In this document: one piece after another, positions 37,508-47,038 of the stretch | Position numbering within the stretch: the stretch's first letter is position 1 | Layout of the letters: every line of letters starts with the position of its first letter | DNA from: an uncultured Flavimarina sp. | GTDB lineage: Bacteria; Bacteroidota; Bacteroidia; Flavobacteriales; Flavobacteriaceae | Reading direction: 5' to 3' | DNA length: 64,000 nt | Assembly (NCBI GenBank): GCA_964398145.1 | Contig: CAYNMH010000003.1 | Coordinates: 4,156-68,155 of the forward strand | Position numbers and translations under genes: made by a program | Notes under the pieces: model-generated | The model's input: only the letters and a program-made list of their open reading frames with translations | Databases searched by the model: none | What the model was told of the DNA's origin: nothing

Positions 37508-38236
37508 CTAGTCCTGAACCTGGAAAACTATAGGAAGTGAGTAGAGTACCCCTACTGCTTTCCCACGTTGTTTACCTGGAGTCATTTGCGGCAACAATTT
37601 AATTACACGCTCAGCTTCAGATTCCAGACGCGGGTGTGGCCCTCGTGAACCAACATCTACGATATTACCTTTTTGATCGATTTTAAAACGAACATAAATA
37701 CGATTTATACCTGAAAGACCTAACTCGCTACCCAGTTCTGTATTAAACTTACGGTTTACGAATTCAGTAATCTTCTCAGACATACATTTTTTCTTCGCAT
37801 CGTTTCCTTTCTCGTTCTCGCAACCGGGATATACCGGTACGTTCTCGATAACTGCAAAAGGTACATCTTCAATAACTTCTTCTTCTGCGAAAGAAACTTC
37901 TTCCACCTCAACGATCTCTTCTTCCTGACTGGTTTCAGTAGATTCGATTACGGTTTCTTCAATTTCTTTATCATCCTCAACAACCTCAATGATTTCGGGT
38001 GCTGGTGGTGGCGGTGGCGGTGGCGGTGGTGGCGGTGGAGTATTCAACTCGGTAATAGGCACATCTTCTTCCAATTCATCGTCCATTTGTAGTTGTCCGA
38101 TATCAATGGCCTCTTTCTCATACGTTTTCCACTCGATAGCCAAATACGTCAGCCCGAGTATCAAAATGAGACCTAACTGAAAGAAGAGTACACTTCTTCT
38201 AGACAGATCTGCTTTTGGGTTTTTCTTAGGTTCCAT
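37508..38236 (-). CDS. Energy transducer TonB (paralogue with poly-Pro linker)
   Basis: 242 aa. TM anchor, a P12-A-P run, an acidic linker, and a C-terminal TonB-C domain (VPVYPGCEN..C..). Confidence 0.85.
   Translation of the reverse strand: MEPKKNPKADLSRRSVLFFQLGLILILGLTYLAIEWKTYEKEAIDIGQLQMDDELEEDVPITELNTPPPPPPPPPPPPAPEIIEVVEDDKEIEETVIESTETSQEEEIVEVEEVSFAEEEVIEDVPFAVIENVPVYPGCENEKGNDAKKKCMSEKITEFVNRKFNTELGSELGLSGINRIYVRFKIDQKGNIVDVGSRGPHPRLESEAERVIKLLPQMTPGKQRGKAVGVLYSLPIVFQVQD
38003..38038 (-). repeat. Trinucleotide (YGG)12 tract encoding 12 consecutive prolines in TonB
   Basis: Plus strand reads tgg tgg tgg cgg tgg cgg tgg cgg tgg tgg cgg tgg, which is CCA/CCG x12 on the coding strand. 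Confidence 0.95.
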
Positions 38237-38289
38237 GAATCTTGTTGTTAAGGATTGCTAATTTAAATAAAAAAGGCTTGAACTCGAAA

Positions 38290-38676
38290 TTAAAATTTTG
38301 ATTTGACTTTTAAAAATTGACTTCTAAAAACATAAATGACTAATACAGCGACTGAAACACCGACCAAATTAGCCAGGAAATCATTAAAATCTGCTGATCT
38401 CGAGTTTGTTACCAACGCCTGTAAAACCTCAATAACTATACCATAAACTATCGCAAGTATGCAAGATTTTAATAGAGATCGCATGAAACTTTCAGAATTA
38501 GACCTGAAAATATAAAAAAATGCAAACCACAATAGTGTAAAAACGAAGTAAGAAAGCACATGCACCAGCTTATCGCTGTATTCAGGCACCCGTTCTACGT
38601 GCGGCATGGGCATCAGGCAAATTACCGCTATAAAAAGCGTATAGCCATACACACCATATCGCAGTAATTTAGCCAC
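38290..38676 (-). CDS. VanZ-family membrane protein
   Basis: 128 aa, four TM helices, VanZ-like pattern. GTG start overlapping the gcvH 3' end by 8 nt. Confidence 0.65.
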   Translation of the reverse strand: MAKLLRYGVYGYTLFIAVICLMPMPHVERVPEYSDKLVHVLSYFVFTLLWFAFFYIFRSNSESFMRSLLKSCILAIVYGIVIEVLQALVTNSRSADFNDFLANLVGVSVAVLVIYVFRSQFLKVKSKF

Positions 38677-39049
38677 CTATAAGCTCCTGATAGGCTTCTG
38701 CACTCAATAAGCTGTCGAGCTCTCCTTCGTCAGAAAATTTAATCTTGATCATCCAGCCTTTTCCATAAGGATCTTCATTCACCAGTTCGGGCTCAGACTC
38801 CAGAGTTTCATTAAACTCAATAATCTCCCCGGTAAGTGGCAAAAACAGATCAGAAACCGTCTTCACCGCTTCTACCGTACCAAAAACCTCTTCACGATCC
38901 AGGGTCTCCCCTTCGGTCTCTACCTCAACATAAACAATATCGCCCAGCTCGCCCTGAGCAAAGTCTGTAATGCCCACTATTGCGGTATCGCCTTCAATAC
39001 GCACCCACTCGTGGTCTTTGGTGTATTTTAAATCTGCAGGTAAACTCAT
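38669..39049 (-). CDS. gcvH: Glycine cleavage system protein H
   Basis: 126 aa. Lipoyl-lysine motif [11 protein letters not shown]-terminus [10 protein letters not shown]. Confidence 0.95.
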   Translation of the reverse strand: MSLPADLKYTKDHEWVRIEGDTAIVGITDFAQGELGDIVYVEVETEGETLDREEVFGTVEAVKTVSDLFLPLTGEIIEFNETLESEPELVNEDPYGKGWMIKIKFSDEGELDSLLSAEAYQELIGG

Positions 39050-39061
39050 AGTTGTATGTAA

Positions 39062-42000
39062 TTAATTTCCAAAATTATATCTCAATGTCAATCCAGATCG
39101 AATGGTGGTTTGCGGGTATGCTGTGGATATGGCATAGGTCGCAAACGCGTGATCGTAATAAAATATAGCCGTCAGGTTCTTACTCAGCGCATAGTCTGCA
39201 GTAAAGGTAAGACCATAAATGTCCTGCCCTGCTGTAATCTGACTGTTATCCACATCCAGATACCTTACAATCGTCTCGTTCTGTCTCAGGGATAAGTCGG
39301 CCTTAAAGTTTAAATCACTTTTTAGAATGGTTCGTTTACCCCCTATATTGGTGGCAAATCTAATATCTTTTAATCGATATCCCAGTCCTATTATATATTC
39401 ATTTCCGTGAATTTCGGTTAGTAAATTATTATCGAAACTTAAGGAAAGGGTGCGGTCTTTACGAAGCTCTGCCAGTATTTTAACCGAATTATTCATCTCA
39501 AAGTCTAATCTGATAAGCGGTGAAAACATTTCGGTTAGGTTGATATTGGAATACAAAGTCTGACTTATAAAATCTCCGGCCTGATTAACCTGCGCATCTT
39601 GCGGACCATTATTTAAACGACGATCATAATTGAGGTTTGTTCGAAATTGATTAACCGTATAGCCGGCCTGATACCCGTGATTAACCGAAAATCGTTTGAA
39701 TCGTTTCTTGAACCAGTCAAACTTCATAAAACCGGTGTATTTCAAGTTCCAGTTGGGCAATGGGAAACTTCTGAAAGCACCCAGAGAAACACTTTCTGCA
39801 TTTCCGGGAGTATAGGCCGAAAGAAATGCCGGTAGCAACACCTGCTGGCTCGACCGGCTAAATCCTACAGGATATCCGTTTTCATCCCGCGGGTACTGAT
39901 CGTTACCATAGAAATTTTGAGCAAGCCGCTCGGCCACAATCAAACGATTTTCGCGGAAGCGGTTAAAATTTAAAGAAGACTGAAGCGAGCTCGCATTAAA
40001 AGCTGTTCCTATCATCAGGGTAGAAATACTGAAATTTCCCAGCGTATTCCCGGCAAGACTGGTATAATCAAGAGTAACAGGGTTTACACGATAATTTTCA
40101 TTATAGGTTTCCTGATAAATGCGGTTCATATTGATATCAATAGTAAGATCTTCAATAAAACTGGTTTGCGCCTGTACATCCAGCTTACGACCTTCTACCT
40201 CACTGTACTGCTCATTATACTCCTGATACAAGGTTAACCAACCCTGGCGAGCAGCGTAATCACGTATCTCTGCCTGACTGCCAAAAACAAATCCGGTGGT
40301 AGGTCTTACTGTTCCCAGAAACCCTACACCCGGCAAATAACCCGGGAGATAGGTACCGTTATTCTGCTCATAGTTAACCTGAATTTGCTTAATGCCTGTA
40401 GCAATATCAATAAGAATATTTTTTGCCCGAGCGTTTCCACCGGTAGAAGCCTGTGTGCTTTGGGCCGATTGCGGATTACCTAAAGTAGGTACTGCCCGGC
40501 TGCGTGCTTCCCGCGAGGTAGGTGCAGACCCCTTTTTAGAAATACCCAGCGTATTATACAAACTTTTCATGTCTAAAGTAGTCTGAAGCGTATGGGTATT
40601 TGCATTTTGAACCGAGTTCCCCAAATCTGGAATGCCTTCCAGAGTCTGTAATTGATAGGAGCCGCGCGTCCATTGAAAATTTGCACTATAGGAATAGGTA
40701 GATTTTACAAAGTCTAAGAACGGTAGTTTCCCGACAGGCAGATCATAATTGAGTTGTAAATTTTGATTATGCCGGTCTGGTGTACCCACATCAAAAAATT
40801 GAGTATAAACACCTCCTGCGTTGGGGTCAATACTATTATCAGGATTCAGATAATTACGCACCACCCGGTTTTGATATTGATCCAGGTTAAAGCGCAGGGA
40901 TTTAGTAACAGGGAAATTAATAGTAAAATTCCGATCAAACATATAATTGCGCTGCACATAGACCGGTGTAGTATTGATAAAATTCTCATTAGCCAGCAAA
41001 TCCCGGAATTGCTGCCTGTTGAACTGCCGTGTGATGTTTGAGGTAAGGTTTATACTGGCCGGCAGGTAATTAAAATTAAAATCCTTTAATACTCTCCAGT
41101 ACTTGCTGGCGAATAACGAATCATTCTTTTTAAAAGGTTCAACCGGTTTGGGAGTAAATGCAAAACCATACGTTGCTCCCAATCTTACATTTTTAGCTAC
41201 CGCCTGCTCTATTTCAAAATCTTTATGATTTTCCTGATTATGACTGTAGGCAAAAGTCAGGTTCTCCACATCCCAGGGCATGGGTTTTTTATCGCCCGTA
41301 CGTTCTTTGCGCACCCCTATAAAATTAATGCTTTCACGGGTGGTACGTTCTATTGCGACGTTTTCAATACTATCACGAGCCGCGGCATTTGCAGCTCTGG
41401 CAAGACTTTGTTCCAGCTTGATATCGGTGTAGAGCGGGTCGTATTGCGGGGTGATGGTTTGATTGCCTTTAGCATAATTAAAAGGAACTTTAACCCCCCA
41501 TTTCTTAGGTAGCAATTGTCCTAATTCCACATTAGTAACCACATCATAAGACTTTACGTCTTCGCGGTTACGCTGATTGGGTGCAGCATCAATACCTCCA
41601 AAACCTATAGTCGACTGGCGTGCAGTACCCGAAACGGTAGCAAAATCGGCCAGATTTGCATCAAGGTTTAAAATACCTGCCCAGCCTCCTTCATTTTGAA
41701 GTCCGGAAAGGCGCAGCTCATTAAACCAGGTTTCGGCACAAATACTTCGACCTCCGGTATCATTGCCGTTTTTGACACCCAGCATCAGCAGACGCACATC
41801 CCCAAAACTGGGATTTCCCTTTATCCCTACTCGAACTCTTCCGGTTTCATAAGGTGTTCCACCGGGGTCAGCAATGGGGTTTCCGTCCTGATCAAAATAA
41901 GTGATTTGATCCTGAAGCGTATTAAAGCTCCCATTAAAAAAGGTGGCCTTAACGGTTTCCAGGACTTCAAGCGGAACTTTAAACTGGTTTGCTTCAGGCC

Positions 42001-45000
42001 AAATTAGCTCTGGACTTGTGGTATTCAAAGCCGTTGGGGTGAGTGGCAATTCAATCTGGTAGAAGTTTTGAGTCAAATCGGTACCCATTCGTATAAAAGC
42101 CACAACTTCATTATCCTGAACCGGAACTTCATTCAGTAAAGGTTCAAGATGCACAAACATCTCAATATTTTCATACTGCCGCATGTCGAGTCTAAAGTTT
42201 TTGTAAACGGCCCGACTATCCTGCGCTTCGAGATCACAAACTTCAATGGAAAGGGATTGCTCGTTTTGACGGATGTTATTGTTGTTATTGATAAGTTCTT
42301 CCCGGTAAACTCCCGGCGGAAGTACATAGGGAATAGGATTGCGGTTGCTGTTTTCCTCAATATTTACCGAAGTGACTTCAAAGCGGGTATCTTCATTAGC
42401 AGGATCTGACTCATCGGGGTCGAGCGTATATAAATACCTGCGGTAATCCCCGCGTACTAATTCAAGTGTACCCATACGCAAAACGGTAGGCTGATTCCAC
42501 CCGCTCATAAACATACGCATAAACCGGATTGACCTGAAATCATTGATCCCGCCCTGTCTTCCCGTAGGCTGACTTATGGGAATTTTAAATTGATACCAGG
42601 TTACCGGAAGCGTATTGCCATTCTGAAGCGTGACTTCAATATCGCGCTGATCTACTATAAATTCATTTTGTACTGTAAGGCTCTGGCGGTCAATATCCAG
42701 TTCATATTCATAATAACTATCTACCGTATTCATCGTGAAATCCCGGTTAAAGTCTTCCACATCGGGTACGGTTGTAGAGCCGCGATCCTGCTGGGTTACG
42801 TTTACCGGCGAATTTCCTTCCTGCCCATTATATCTTTTATAACGATCTAAAACCGATCCTTGAGCAGAAACAAAATATTGGTAGTTATCTCCCGAAGGAT
42901 CTTCCAAACCAGCAAAATCAGGATAATTAAGGGCTTCCTGGTCGTCGTTTAAGCCATCATATCCCACATCCTGATTAAGCCGCGCTTCCCCTTCGGTATC
43001 AAAAGCATAAATCAGGGCCTGGTTTGTGGGCACTTTTCCCCAAACTGTTGAAACGGTATTGTTAGCAGAACCATCCTGGGGCAAACCATTCTCGTATTGC
43101 TTCCGCCCGTCTTTTAATACATCTTCTGAAATATTGCCCAGGTTCAAGGTTAATTTTCCACCTGTATTAGTAGCATTTTCAGCATAGATAAACGGGTCCA
43201 TTAGCCAGAATTCAATAAATTCCACATTAGACTGTTCAAAATCGGTTGAAGCAAACTGGCGCATAATTCCGCCAAAATTCTGCTCCGGATTTTCTAAAAT
43301 CCCATCCTGCGCATCAGGACTGAAGTTGTATGCCCCACGTTCCTGAGGATAATACGCTAAATCGAGCGTAAAAAGAGCCTGAGTGGTACCGGCAACAATA
43401 TCCTGCTGCGGGAAAATTTCATCTCTGAACACCCTTCGGGTTGCATAAGTAGATACATCGGCATCTGTAATACCATCGGGACGCTGGCCGGTATAAAAAA
43501 TGGGATCTATAGAATACCAAGCCAGTTTTGCACGGCGGTAACCACTGCGCAAATCCCCGTTGTCAAACTCGCCACCAAAACCAACAGGCACCGAAGACAT
43601 AAACCACTGCAAGGGAGAACTGATATCTAACGAAGTTTGAGCCCCTTCAAAATCATCGATATACGAGGCTGCTTCTCCTCCAAAATTGGTCACCTTAGGT
43701 TGCCCGGGAATCAGATAAGCCACTTCTCCGCGAAGCGAAATGTTGGAAGGCACATCTGTATCGATATTAGGCAACTTGTTAACCAGCCTGGTTAAGAAAG
43801 GAACTTCTGCCGAAAAATTAGCATTAAGACCAAAAATGGTATTGTTAATAGGCTCAAAGCTGTAGCTTGCTTTTTGCGTGAGCGGTCGTTCATTAAGGTT
43901 GATGAGTGTCCCTCCCACCATAAATTTTTCGCTAAACTGGTGCTCGATGTTTAAACCGGTAAAACGCTTAGTCTGCTGACCAAAAAGCGTATTGTTTTCC
44001 GTAGAAACCTGAATGGGAATCCCGGAGGCTTTTAGGGCCTGATCCAGAATAATAACCCGGCCCAATCTGTAATCTACAGTATAATCCAGGCCTTCCTGTA
44101 AAACGCGGCCACCGGCAGTCACGGTTACAGAACCTTGCGGAATATTGAACCCGCCTATAGGAATACCTTCTTCCTGCTTCGATTTAAAAGTTCCCTGCAT
44201 TTGAAACAGGTTTTTATCGGCATTATCCTGAGCGATAGTTTTCGTGGAATTATAAAGCGCCTGATATACATACTTACGCTGATTGGCATTGTACGTATCG
44301 GGGTTACCATAGGTTTCTGACGGCTCGCTGCGCAATTGATTAAAGAGGTATTCCCCAAAGGGTTCCACAGAGGTGAAAATAATGCTTCCATTACGCGCAT
44401 TTACAGTAATACCCTCTAAAAAATCGAAAAAGCCATCTCCCCCTTCCTGAGGATCACCAAACTGCGTAAGATTATCCAGATTAAATACATTCAGTAAGGG
44501 CGTGTTTGCTACATCTTCAGGTAAAGGAGGTCCACCTTCTGCTGGTGTAATGTAGTTTATAGGCGCAGGTGAATTGTAAACAATATTCATACGGAAGCCT
44601 TCCTTCTCCAGCTGCCCCACACCAAGACCGTATATGTTTTTCATCATTAAATCCCATACAGGCTCGCTGACATCGGTGATATTACTCTTCAGTAATTTTA
44701 CCACCAGCGCCTGAGAAGTACCACCCTGCCCAGGAGTGATAAAACTGTCCAGAATACCATCGTTATTGATATCACGTCCGCTCGTCTGATCTACATCTGC
44801 TGCATCTGCAATTTGATCTCCATCAGTATCCTGCCCATTGTCATTGACTCCATCTCCATCAGGATCCACATCTACACTATCTGGCACACCGTCTCCATCA
44901 GTATCGGGGTAAGCCCCACTGGTCGCATCGACCCCGTCATTGGCAAATTCGCCTACCTGGTACACTTCCCCGTTTACCGTATATTGAAAGGCGACAGCCA

Positions 45001-46369
45001 GCACCTCGTCATTGTTCAAGCGCTGATTAAGCGAAATATAACCCAGCTGCGTATCCAGGGTAAATTCGGATGGGGAAAGCTGGCGGGCATTTTCGAGCGA
45101 TACATAATCGGAGCCATCTGCCACCTGTACATTGCCAAACCCCTGATCTACCGTTGCCGAGCTCCGTATTGCAGGCGTTAAAACCGTCTGCCCGTTACCG
45201 GTAAGACCAAAAGGATTGAAATCGTTACTCGAGTTTCTGGGGTAGGCTCCCGCAGGCAGATTGATAAATCCTGCAGGTATATTTGGCAAACCTATCTGTG
45301 CGGGATTAGATTCCCCTATATCCTGTATGGCTACAATATTACGGGTACTTTCAAAGCGCTGGGTACGATTGGTCACCCAAACCTCGATACGCGTGATCTG
45401 TACATTTGAATTGATAAATGGATAATTTGCCAGCGCCTGATCGTAATTGTCCCTAAAATACTGAGCTAAGAAATAATGCCGGTTTTCATCATATTCCAAG
45501 GCAAAAATCTGAAAATCCTGAATAGTACCATCCCCCTGAGCCAGGACCTGATTGGTCTGTGATTGCTGTTCCGAAAAAACACCGGTAATGGTAGTTTTAC
45601 CAAATTGCAGCTGCGTTTTTACCCCAAAAAGACTTTGAGAACCCTGAATAAGCGCAGAATTGAGCGGCATATTTACATTACCCACTTCAATTTTCTGAAT
45701 AATATCGTCTTCGTTCGGTGTATATTCCAGTTTGATCTGGTTTTGAAAGCTAAACGTAGACTCGGTGTCGTAAACCGCGTTGACCTGAAGGCGATTCCCT
45801 ACTTTACCCAACAGGCTTAAACCTATACGCTGATCAAAGTCAAAGCTGAAATTGGTACGGTTTCTTGGTGAAAAACTGGGGTTATCCTGCTTGGTAAACA
45901 GACCGCCAATATCCATCTCCACATAACCCGTAGGTATAAATTCAATGGTATTCCCACCAAAAATACTTTCAAACAAGCCCGAATTTACATAGAAATTAGG
46001 CAACAGACTTTTTTGATCCTCCTTGCCTTCTTCGGTACGACCGTCAACGGCGGCGATTTTCTGTTGAAAATAAGCCTGCATTCGTTCTTTTTGAACCAGC
46101 TCTTTAAATTCTTCGGGAGTGAGGATGCGTGGATAATTGATGTTATAACCACCCAGACTTTCGGTGTAAATATACCGGTCTGTAATGGGATCATACGTGT
46201 ATTTGGATACAATAGAATTGGGATTTTTTAACGCAAGCCTTCCATAGGAGAAGCCGGTTTTTACAGAATCCTGTTCCTCTTCTTCCTGGGCAAAAACAAT
46301 TAAAGGGCAGAAAAATACCCCTAAGACAAGTAGAATCTGAACTGAATACCCGCGTAGTTTTGTACCCAA
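39062..46369 (-). CDS. sprA: Type IX secretion system translocon / cell-surface protein SprA
   Basis: 2435-aa uninterrupted ORF. Signal peptide and a giant beta-barrel-type composition ending ..LTLRYNFGN. Size and the ruvA-sprA-gcvH context match flavobacterial SprA. The start is a TTG, 5 nt after the ruvA stop, with no in-frame ATG near the signal peptide. Confidence 0.88.
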   Translation of the reverse strand: MGTKLRGYSVQILLVLGVFFCPLIVFAQEEEEQDSVKTGFSYGRLALKNPNSIVSKYTYDPITDRYIYTESLGGYNINYPRILTPEEFKELVQKERMQAYFQQKIAAVDGRTEEGKEDQKSLLPNFYVNSGLFESIFGGNTIEFIPTGYVEMDIGGLFTKQDNPSFSPRNRTNFSFDFDQRIGLSLLGKVGNRLQVNAVYDTESTFSFQNQIKLEYTPNEDDIIQKIEVGNVNMPLNSALIQGSQSLFGVKTQLQFGKTTITGVFSEQQSQTNQVLAQGDGTIQDFQIFALEYDENRHYFLAQYFRDNYDQALANYPFINSNVQITRIEVWVTNRTQRFESTRNIVAIQDIGESNPAQIGLPNIPAGFINLPAGAYPRNSSNDFNPFGLTGNGQTVLTPAIRSSATVDQGFGNVQVADGSDYVSLENARQLSPSEFTLDTQLGYISLNQRLNNDEVLAVAFQYTVNGEVYQVGEFANDGVDATSGAYPDTDGDGVPDSVDVDPDGDGVNDNGQDTDGDQIADAADVDQTSGRDINNDGILDSFITPGQGGTSQALVVKLLKSNITDVSEPVWDLMMKNIYGLGVGQLEKEGFRMNIVYNSPAPINYITPAEGGPPLPEDVANTPLLNVFNLDNLTQFGDPQEGGDGFFDFLEGITVNARNGSIIFTSVEPFGEYLFNQLRSEPSETYGNPDTYNANQRKYVYQALYNSTKTIAQDNADKNLFQMQGTFKSKQEEGIPIGGFNIPQGSVTVTAGGRVLQEGLDYTVDYRLGRVIILDQALKASGIPIQVSTENNTLFGQQTKRFTGLNIEHQFSEKFMVGGTLINLNERPLTQKASYSFEPINNTIFGLNANFSAEVPFLTRLVNKLPNIDTDVPSNISLRGEVAYLIPGQPKVTNFGGEAASYIDDFEGAQTSLDISSPLQWFMSSVPVGFGGEFDNGDLRSGYRRAKLAWYSIDPIFYTGQRPDGITDADVSTYATRRVFRDEIFPQQDIVAGTTQALFTLDLAYYPQERGAYNFSPDAQDGILENPEQNFGGIMRQFASTDFEQSNVEFIEFWLMDPFIYAENATNTGGKLTLNLGNISEDVLKDGRKQYENGLPQDGSANNTVSTVWGKVPTNQALIYAFDTEGEARLNQDVGYDGLNDDQEALNYPDFAGLEDPSGDNYQYFVSAQGSVLDRYKRYNGQEGNSPVNVTQQDRGSTTVPDVEDFNRDFTMNTVDSYYEYELDIDRQSLTVQNEFIVDQRDIEVTLQNGNTLPVTWYQFKIPISQPTGRQGGINDFRSIRFMRMFMSGWNQPTVLRMGTLELVRGDYRRYLYTLDPDESDPANEDTRFEVTSVNIEENSNRNPIPYVLPPGVYREELINNNNNIRQNEQSLSIEVCDLEAQDSRAVYKNFRLDMRQYENIEMFVHLEPLLNEVPVQDNEVVAFIRMGTDLTQNFYQIELPLTPTALNTTSPELIWPEANQFKVPLEVLETVKATFFNGSFNTLQDQITYFDQDGNPIADPGGTPYETGRVRVGIKGNPSFGDVRLLMLGVKNGNDTGGRSICAETWFNELRLSGLQNEGGWAGILNLDANLADFATVSGTARQSTIGFGGIDAAPNQRNREDVKSYDVVTNVELGQLLPKKWGVKVPFNYAKGNQTITPQYDPLYTDIKLEQSLARAANAAARDSIENVAIERTTRESINFIGVRKERTGDKKPMPWDVENLTFAYSHNQENHKDFEIEQAVAKNVRLGATYGFAFTPKPVEPFKKNDSLFASKYWRVLKDFNFNYLPASINLTSNITRQFNRQQFRDLLANENFINTTPVYVQRNYMFDRNFTINFPVTKSLRFNLDQYQNRVVRNYLNPDNSIDPNAGGVYTQFFDVGTPDRHNQNLQLNYDLPVGKLPFLDFVKSTYSYSANFQWTRGSYQLQTLEGIPDLGNSVQNANTHTLQTTLDMKSLYNTLGISKKGSAPTSREARSRAVPTLGNPQSAQSTQASTGGNARAKNILIDIATGIKQIQVNYEQNNGTYLPGYLPGVGFLGTVRPTTGFVFGSQAEIRDYAARQGWLTLYQEYNEQYSEVEGRKLDVQAQTSFIEDLTIDINMNRIYQETYNENYRVNPVTLDYTSLAGNTLGNFSISTLMIGTAFNASSLQSSLNFNRFRENRLIVAERLAQNFYGNDQYPRDENGYPVGFSRSSQQVLLPAFLSAYTPGNAESVSLGAFRSFPLPNWNLKYTGFMKFDWFKKRFKRFSVNHGYQAGYTVNQFRTNLNYDRRLNNGPQDAQVNQAGDFISQTLYSNINLTEMFSPLIRLDFEMNNSVKILAELRKDRTLSLSFDNNLLTEIHGNEYIIGLGYRLKDIRFATNIGGKRTILKSDLNFKADLSLRQNETIVRYLDVDNSQITAGQDIYGLTFTADYALSKNLTAIFYYDHAFATYAISTAYPQTTIRSGLTLRYNFGN

Positions 46370-46374
46370 ATCCC

Positions 46375-46956
46375 TTACAGTTTTTTAAGTGCCAGTTTAA
46401 TAATGTGCTCCACACTGGCCTGAGGTTCCTCACGCACGATAGCATCACATACCCGCTCTGCCTGTTTACGTGCAAAGCCCAGCGTTTCTAGTGCAGATAA
46501 CGCTTCTTCTTTGTTGGTATTGCTTGGCGCAGTCGAAACTTCATCAAGATCGTAAACTTTAAGAATTTTGTCCTTAAGATCCAGAATGACGCGCTGAGCA
46601 GTCTTAGCCCCAATACCTTTAACTCCCTGAATGGTTCTCACATCACCATTTGCAATGGCTTGCTTTACCTGCGAAGGATCTAAGGAAGAAAGCATGGTAC
46701 GGGCAATACTTGTACCCACACCGCTTACCGAGATGAGTAATTTGAAAATTTCCCGTTCAGATTTTTGCGCAAAGCCATAGAGGGTATGTGCATCTTCTTT
46801 AATGTGGAGATAGGTGTAGAGCATTATACTTTCGCTATCGGGCAATAGCGAAAACGTATGCAGCGAGATGTTCACAAAATATCCCACACCATAGCATTCA
46901 ATGACAACATCGGTGTGGTTTTTCTCAATTAACTTGCCTCTTAAAAATGTAATCAT
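46375..46956 (-). CDS. ruvA: Holliday junction DNA helicase subunit RuvA
   Basis: 193 aa. OB-fold N-terminus (MITFLRGKL..) and HhH motifs (VSGVGTSIA, VKGIGAKTAQRVILDLK). Confidence 0.94.
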   Translation of the reverse strand: MITFLRGKLIEKNHTDVVIECYGVGYFVNISLHTFSLLPDSESIMLYTYLHIKEDAHTLYGFAQKSEREIFKLLISVSGVGTSIARTMLSSLDPSQVKQAIANGDVRTIQGVKGIGAKTAQRVILDLKDKILKVYDLDEVSTAPSNTNKEEALSALETLGFARKQAERVCDAIVREEPQASVEHIIKLALKKL

Positions 46957-47038
46957 AAAGGCTATAAAGATTTTGGGGGACTAAATGTACTAAAATATTT
47001 CAGTACAGGAAGAGACATTTAAGCCTTTACCGAAACTC

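Noticed and set aside
37989-38180. A 63-aa plus-strand ORF with a 12-residue poly-Gly run.
   Set aside because: It is the mirror image of the CCR proline tract of the minus-strand TonB gene, so it is not an independent gene.
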